A DNA stretch of 63,895 nucleotides from Paraspadella gotoi (taxonomy: Eukaryota > Animalia > Chaetognatha): assembly GCA_051294375.1 (NCBI GenBank), contig CM119265.1:3285745-3349639 (forward strand). The letters are read 5' to 3'. Shown here in pieces: positions 59,233 to 63,895 of this stretch (position 1 is the stretch's first letter; each line of letters opens with the position of its first letter). Under the pieces are notes generated by a model. The model was not told the origin of the DNA, did no database searches, and worked only from the letters and a program-made list of their open reading frames with translations. A program made the translations under genes and the position numbers.

Positions 59233-59957
59233 TTTTAGTACCTGGATAACAGCGTGAGTTCTAGAATTGACGTAAAAGTTATTTATTTTTGATATCCACA
59301 GTACAAACGTTTCTTGGTAGTGAGCAAACATCATTATTTTAATCCCTGTAAATATTTCCACTGAAAGGAAGAACAGCAAATACTGATTAACATCACTTGA
59401 ATAAAAACTGATTAGGAAAAGACTTACGACCCAAAAATTTGGCGCAAAGACAAATCTACTTCAGACGGCGGATCAAATACAAGGTAGCGCGCAATTTTGT
59501 TGCCTTGGAAAGCTCGTCTGGACTAGCTCCGTCAAGGTACGAGATCGATAAATATATTCATCTGGTTTTTGTGTGCGACTGGTAAATCTTATCACTTTTG
59601 ATAAGTTTTTTGACAAGCTGGGAAGCACGGATCATCTGGTGACTTTTTCAAATATCTCACAAGGAGACAGTCCTTCTGGATCGAATTCAAAGGGATCCTT
59701 CCACTCAGGAATTCCTGGGATGCCCATTACTCCGAGGCCATCGTCGACCCATTTGCACGGACATTCTCCAAGATCGACATGTCCAACTTCCATCAAGCGG
59801 CGCCACTGAAGATCCTTTTTTCTCTCTTTTTGAAGATATGATTTGGGACGCAAGACATCTAATTTAAAAATCAGAAAACTTAGTTAATGAATCATTTTGT
59901 TTGATTTTTCTTTATACCGGCTCTGAAATAGTGTTTAGCTCAATAAGAGCTTTAGAG

Positions 59958-60501
59958 TGTTTGGGTTAGTTAGAGCATTCCTTGAATTTCATAGATTAAT
60001 AAATCAAGACCTTGGATTAAGCAGACATCTTTTTATTTGAGTACCTTTATTGACAGTGAGGCAGTTGGATATAAAAACTTTGTAGCAAATGGTCAGCTTA
60101 AAGCTAAAAGGAATAGAAATTATTACTTTATTTAAATAAAAATCACAAAATATCAAACAGTGTTTTTACCTCTTATGGTCCTTGGAACGCCCTAGAATAC
60201 TACAAAAAATGTCCTTTTTATATTAGTAAAGAACCAATCAGAAACTAGAGGTAGCTATCAAATTTAAAATTAACTAATCAGGGACTAGGATTTATGTGCT
60301 ATAGCATCAATCTTTGTGCACTAGGACCAATTTTTATAGCTAATTATTTCTTATAACCATTAAGATAGTTGTTGCTAATAAGTAAGTAGAAAACAAGCAG
60401 CATGACGCGTTTCTATGGGGAATTTTTAGTAACCAGAATAGGACAATCATTCAACTCTGATTGAGAGGCAAAATGAATGTTATTTAAAAATCATTTCTAC
60501 A
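59958..60501 (-). repeat. 5' LTR
   Basis: 544-bp direct repeat of 54704-55290 with TG/CA ends. Confidence 0.93.
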
Positions 60502-60680
60502 GCCTATCAAGCAAAAGCCTATCAAGCAAAAGTCTATCAAGCAAGAGGCCATCGAGAACAAGCCTATCAAGCAAAAGCCTATCAAGCAAAAGCCTATCAA
60601 GCAAAAGCCTATAAAGCAAAAGCCAATCAAACAAAAGCCTATCAAGCAAAAGCCTATCAAGCAAGAGGCCATCGAGCAAA
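60502..60680. repeat. 15-bp minisatellite, right part
   Basis: Same gcaaaagcctatcaa unit as 54509-54703. Confidence 0.93.
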
Positions 60681-61294
60681 ATCTTCCACGCAATCGTTGT
60701 TGTTATTGTCGTCATTCAGGAGTCAAAATGCGACGAAAATAAGTCGTTTCCATGGTGATCGTCTTTGTATCTCGGAGCATCTGATTCTTATTCTCATCGT
60801 CGTCGTCGTCGTCGTCCTTTTAATATAAAACTACAAATTGTAACATTTCTTTAAACATTAAAAAAATTATAAATTTTATAAAATTGGCACAACCAATATA
60901 AAAAATTATCCATTCATTTAATGGTTTTGGGCCTCCATCACTCTTAATGACATAGCAGGTCCCTGCAAGCTTTCAATAAATACTCTCTCACAGTCGTGTT
61001 TATTATATTTTATATTTCAAGCATCATGACCCGATTTTCTACCTTAAGTTTAGTTAAGTTAATCAGTTAAACGGCTAATATTCTTCCTCTTATAATTTTT
61101 TTATTATTAAATTTCATCTCATACGGTTTATTTTATTATTCTTCATCATCATCAACTTCGGCGTCGAATCGTATTTACGATTTTCTTCGCTCTTGGGTTT
61201 TTGTGATTTGAACAATTTCCTTTTCTGCTGTGAAAGTTTGAGGAAATTTGAAAGGAAATTCGCGAATTGAAAAGAAGTAAACAGATTAAGTGTC

Positions 61295-62089
61295 GTTTTC
61301 GTCGTCGTCGTCGTCGTCGTCATTGTCATCGTTGCGCCGTCGTAATCATTGTCATCATCAATTTTTTCATTCTTTTTGTCATCGTCGTCATCGTAATGGT
61401 CTTTATCATCATCATCATCATCATCATCATCATTCTCATTCGCTCATCATCATCATTCATCGTCGTCGTTATCATCATCATCATCATCGTCGTCGTTATA
61501 TCATTCGTAATCATCATCATCATCATCATCGTCGTCATCATTCATCATCATGGATCATCATCTTATCCATCATCATCATCATCATCTCATCGTCGTCGTT
61601 AGTCATCATCGTCTCATCATCATCATCAACATCATCATCATCGTCGCGTCGTCGTTTATACATCATCATCATCATCATTCATCATCATCAGTCGTCGTTA
61701 ATCATCATCGTCATCATCACTCATCTCATCATCATCATCATCATCATCACTCATCCATCATCGTCGCAGTCGAATCTGAGCTGATTGTCGACGCAGAAAA
61801 TGACGTCAACAAGCGCGGAGTCTTTTGGAGACGGCAATCACCAATTCGTAGTCTTTATCATCATCGCGTCGTCGTCGTCGTCGTCGTCGTCGTCTCGGTT
61901 GTTGTTGGTCTTCGTCCTCCTCGTTCTTTCATCTTTATTGTTGTTATCTTCGTCTTCGTCGTTCGTTGTTGTCGGTCCTCTCGATCGTCTTCCTTCGTCG
62001 TCGTCGTCTAAGACGCTCTTATGATAGTTCTCGCGTTAATGTCAATGCATCCGTTTATCCGTACATCGCGTCATCGTGGTCTTCGACAA

Positions 62090-62130
<41 letters not shown>
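61295..62130. repeat. Long degenerate (ATC/GTC)n trinucleotide tract
   Basis: Mixed catcat/gtcgtc runs that give poly-I/H/S pseudo-ORFs in several frames. Confidence 0.9.
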
Positions 62131-62132
<2 letters not shown>

Positions 62133-63895
62133 TATTTTTATTTTTGCGTCGCGAGTTTTGTTTTGTTTTTTTTTTAATCCCTTTTACTGGTTGCTCTGGT
62201 ACAGTGATTAAGGAAATCAATTTTCAGATTTTCAGTTCGATAATATTCTTTTTATTTCGTTGTTTAAAATTAAATTAAAACTTATTTTATGATGCATAAC
62301 GATTTTCAGTACAATTTCGGCGATGGTACGATTTGTTGAATCGTCTGTTTCTTTCTCTTCTCTTTCTTCTCTTTCTTTCCTTTCTTTCTTCTTTCTTTCT
62401 TTCTTTCTTTCTTTTTTCTTTCTTCTTTCTTTCTTTCTTCTTTCTCTCTTCTTCTTTCTTTCTTTTTCTCTCTCTCCCTTTCCGTTAGGTACCTCTTCTA
62501 ATAATACTTCTAATACTTACGAATTTTCTTCTCTATTTTTATCATCTTTATTCTTTCATTCTATTCTCTCTCTCTCCTCTCGAGGAACAGAACAAAAGTT
62601 AGAAATTCCCCCATGTGACATTAACGTGAGAGCTCGAGCCTCATCAAACCCTGACAAGCCTCGAGACATGGAACTGACCGAAGGCAACTTGTACACGAGA
62701 GACACAGGAGAATATGAAAAGTGGTGCGCCGATAGACTTGCCCTCTCCATCGCTTTCCTCATCGATACTCTGACGATATCACGTGAGCCCGAACGCCCGC
62801 GTGTCTTCCAATTTTGTTCCATTTGCCTCCCATCGAAAGCCGTCTATCTCGCCGAACCACAGCACAGGCAGTTTTTTGACCTCGATATGATGTCTGCGAC
62901 TCGGATATTTGTCTTTATCAGTCTCGTTCTCAAGGCGGCATATAATTCTCGCTCTCACGGCGTGTTGCTCCCACCCAGCTTCTCTCGTGACGTGAGTGCG
63001 AGCTTGTTCATTTCGTACACGTCTCTGTTTCTTTCGAACTCTCTGCTGCGCGTGTTCTTCAGCTCTCCTCTCCTCTCTGTTGTGCTCCGCTGTCTCCTAC
63101 TCTCTTTCGGTCTCCACCCTCTCTCTTCGTCTCTCTCGCTCCGTCTCCTCGCTCCTCTCTCTCTCCCTAATTATCATCCGACGAACCCCGAAACGACACA
63201 ACGACACCACTAACTCACTATCTCCCTTCGACTCTCTATATAGTCTCCCAACCAGTTCCTCTCTATGGATCTCGAGTGCCCTCCGCCAGTCAAAGATCCA
63301 GCAGCGCAACGGAAGGCCCACCGGCCGGGTTAGCTGCACTCCCTCTTGTCACAGCCGAGTCAGGAGCCAGTCGGGCAGCGGTTCGCGCCGCCTTACCGCG
63401 GGCTCGACCCCGCCAAGCAACTCCCTATCCTTGCTCCCCTCGACGGCGCGACGTTTAGCGCGACGCCCGCTGCCTCGAGACGGCCTCGCGGTTCTCTCAG
63501 AGTGGCGCTCGGGATCAGAACGAGGACGAGAGAGGGATGCGCAAGCTCCGCGAAGACAGAAAGATGCGAGTCGATGCTGTCTGAGCAGGGGAATGCGAGT
63601 GAGATTGGCTTATTGCTAGCGCTAGCTCATCCCTATATAAAGAGGGAGACGCACAAACCTCGTTTGTCTCCGTATGAACCAGCACAGAGCTACCAGGCCA
63701 AGAGACCATACAAACAATAACAATAATGTGAGAAGGAGGTGAGGAAAAAGAAATAAAAACTTTGTTGTTTGGTGATTTTCATCCTGCTTAACCTGGTTTT
63801 AGAGAAGTGCCTTACCATTCTGAATCGCCCGGTGCCCTCCCCTGGTAAACAGTCGATAAGAGGAACTGCCAAGTTATCACTCGCCCAGACCCAGT

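Larger units (their letters stand above)
54704..60501 (-). mobile_element. BEL/Pao LTR retrotransposon, internally deleted and frameshifted
   Basis: Near-identical TG...CA LTRs at 54704-55290 and 59958-60501, a 5-bp TSD gccta (54699-54703 and 60502-60506), and minus-strand gag/pol fragments with BEL hallmarks. Confidence 0.95.

Noticed and set aside
61267-63213. Poly-His/Ile/Ser and Phe/Leu/Ser-rich ORFs
   Set aside because: They derive from trinucleotide and CT-rich microsatellites, with no domain or splice support.

Overview
Eukaryotic DNA, very likely from an invertebrate animal draft assembly. It has N-gaps, dense microsatellites, GT-AG introns, and mostly GC-rich exons in an AT-rich background. 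I spliced six multi-exon genes by hand, all with consistent intron phases. (1) An RGS3-type C2 + DH + PH RhoGEF resembling PsGEF but with no PDZ domain (+, 2247-11558). (2) A RING-H2 protein (+, 14315-17476). (3) A divergent NOX/ferric-reductase flavocytochrome with non-canonical heme and NADPH motifs and an extra C-terminal helix (-, 18076-22563); one intron holds nine extra tandem copies of its own exon end plus splice donor. (4) A secreted TSP1-like + VWA protein with a ~25x GQxKTT[L/V/P] heptad tail (-, 27207-33171). (5) A low-complexity protein with no recognisable domain (-, 38802-44469). (6) An oversized XK-related membrane protein (+, 49212-52056). Two weaker cryptic spliced ORFs lie at 24002-26502 and about 33932-37155. 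Mobile DNA includes an internally deleted BEL/Pao LTR retrotransposon inserted in a 15-bp minisatellite (54704-60501), which has an apparently spliced leader ORF and no canonical PBS. There are also foldback MITEs with 8-bp TSDs, a Penelope-type palindrome with paired hammerhead-like cores, and a tRNA-derived SINE-like head. All calls come from reading the sequence and recalling motifs; no searches were run and the species cannot be identified.
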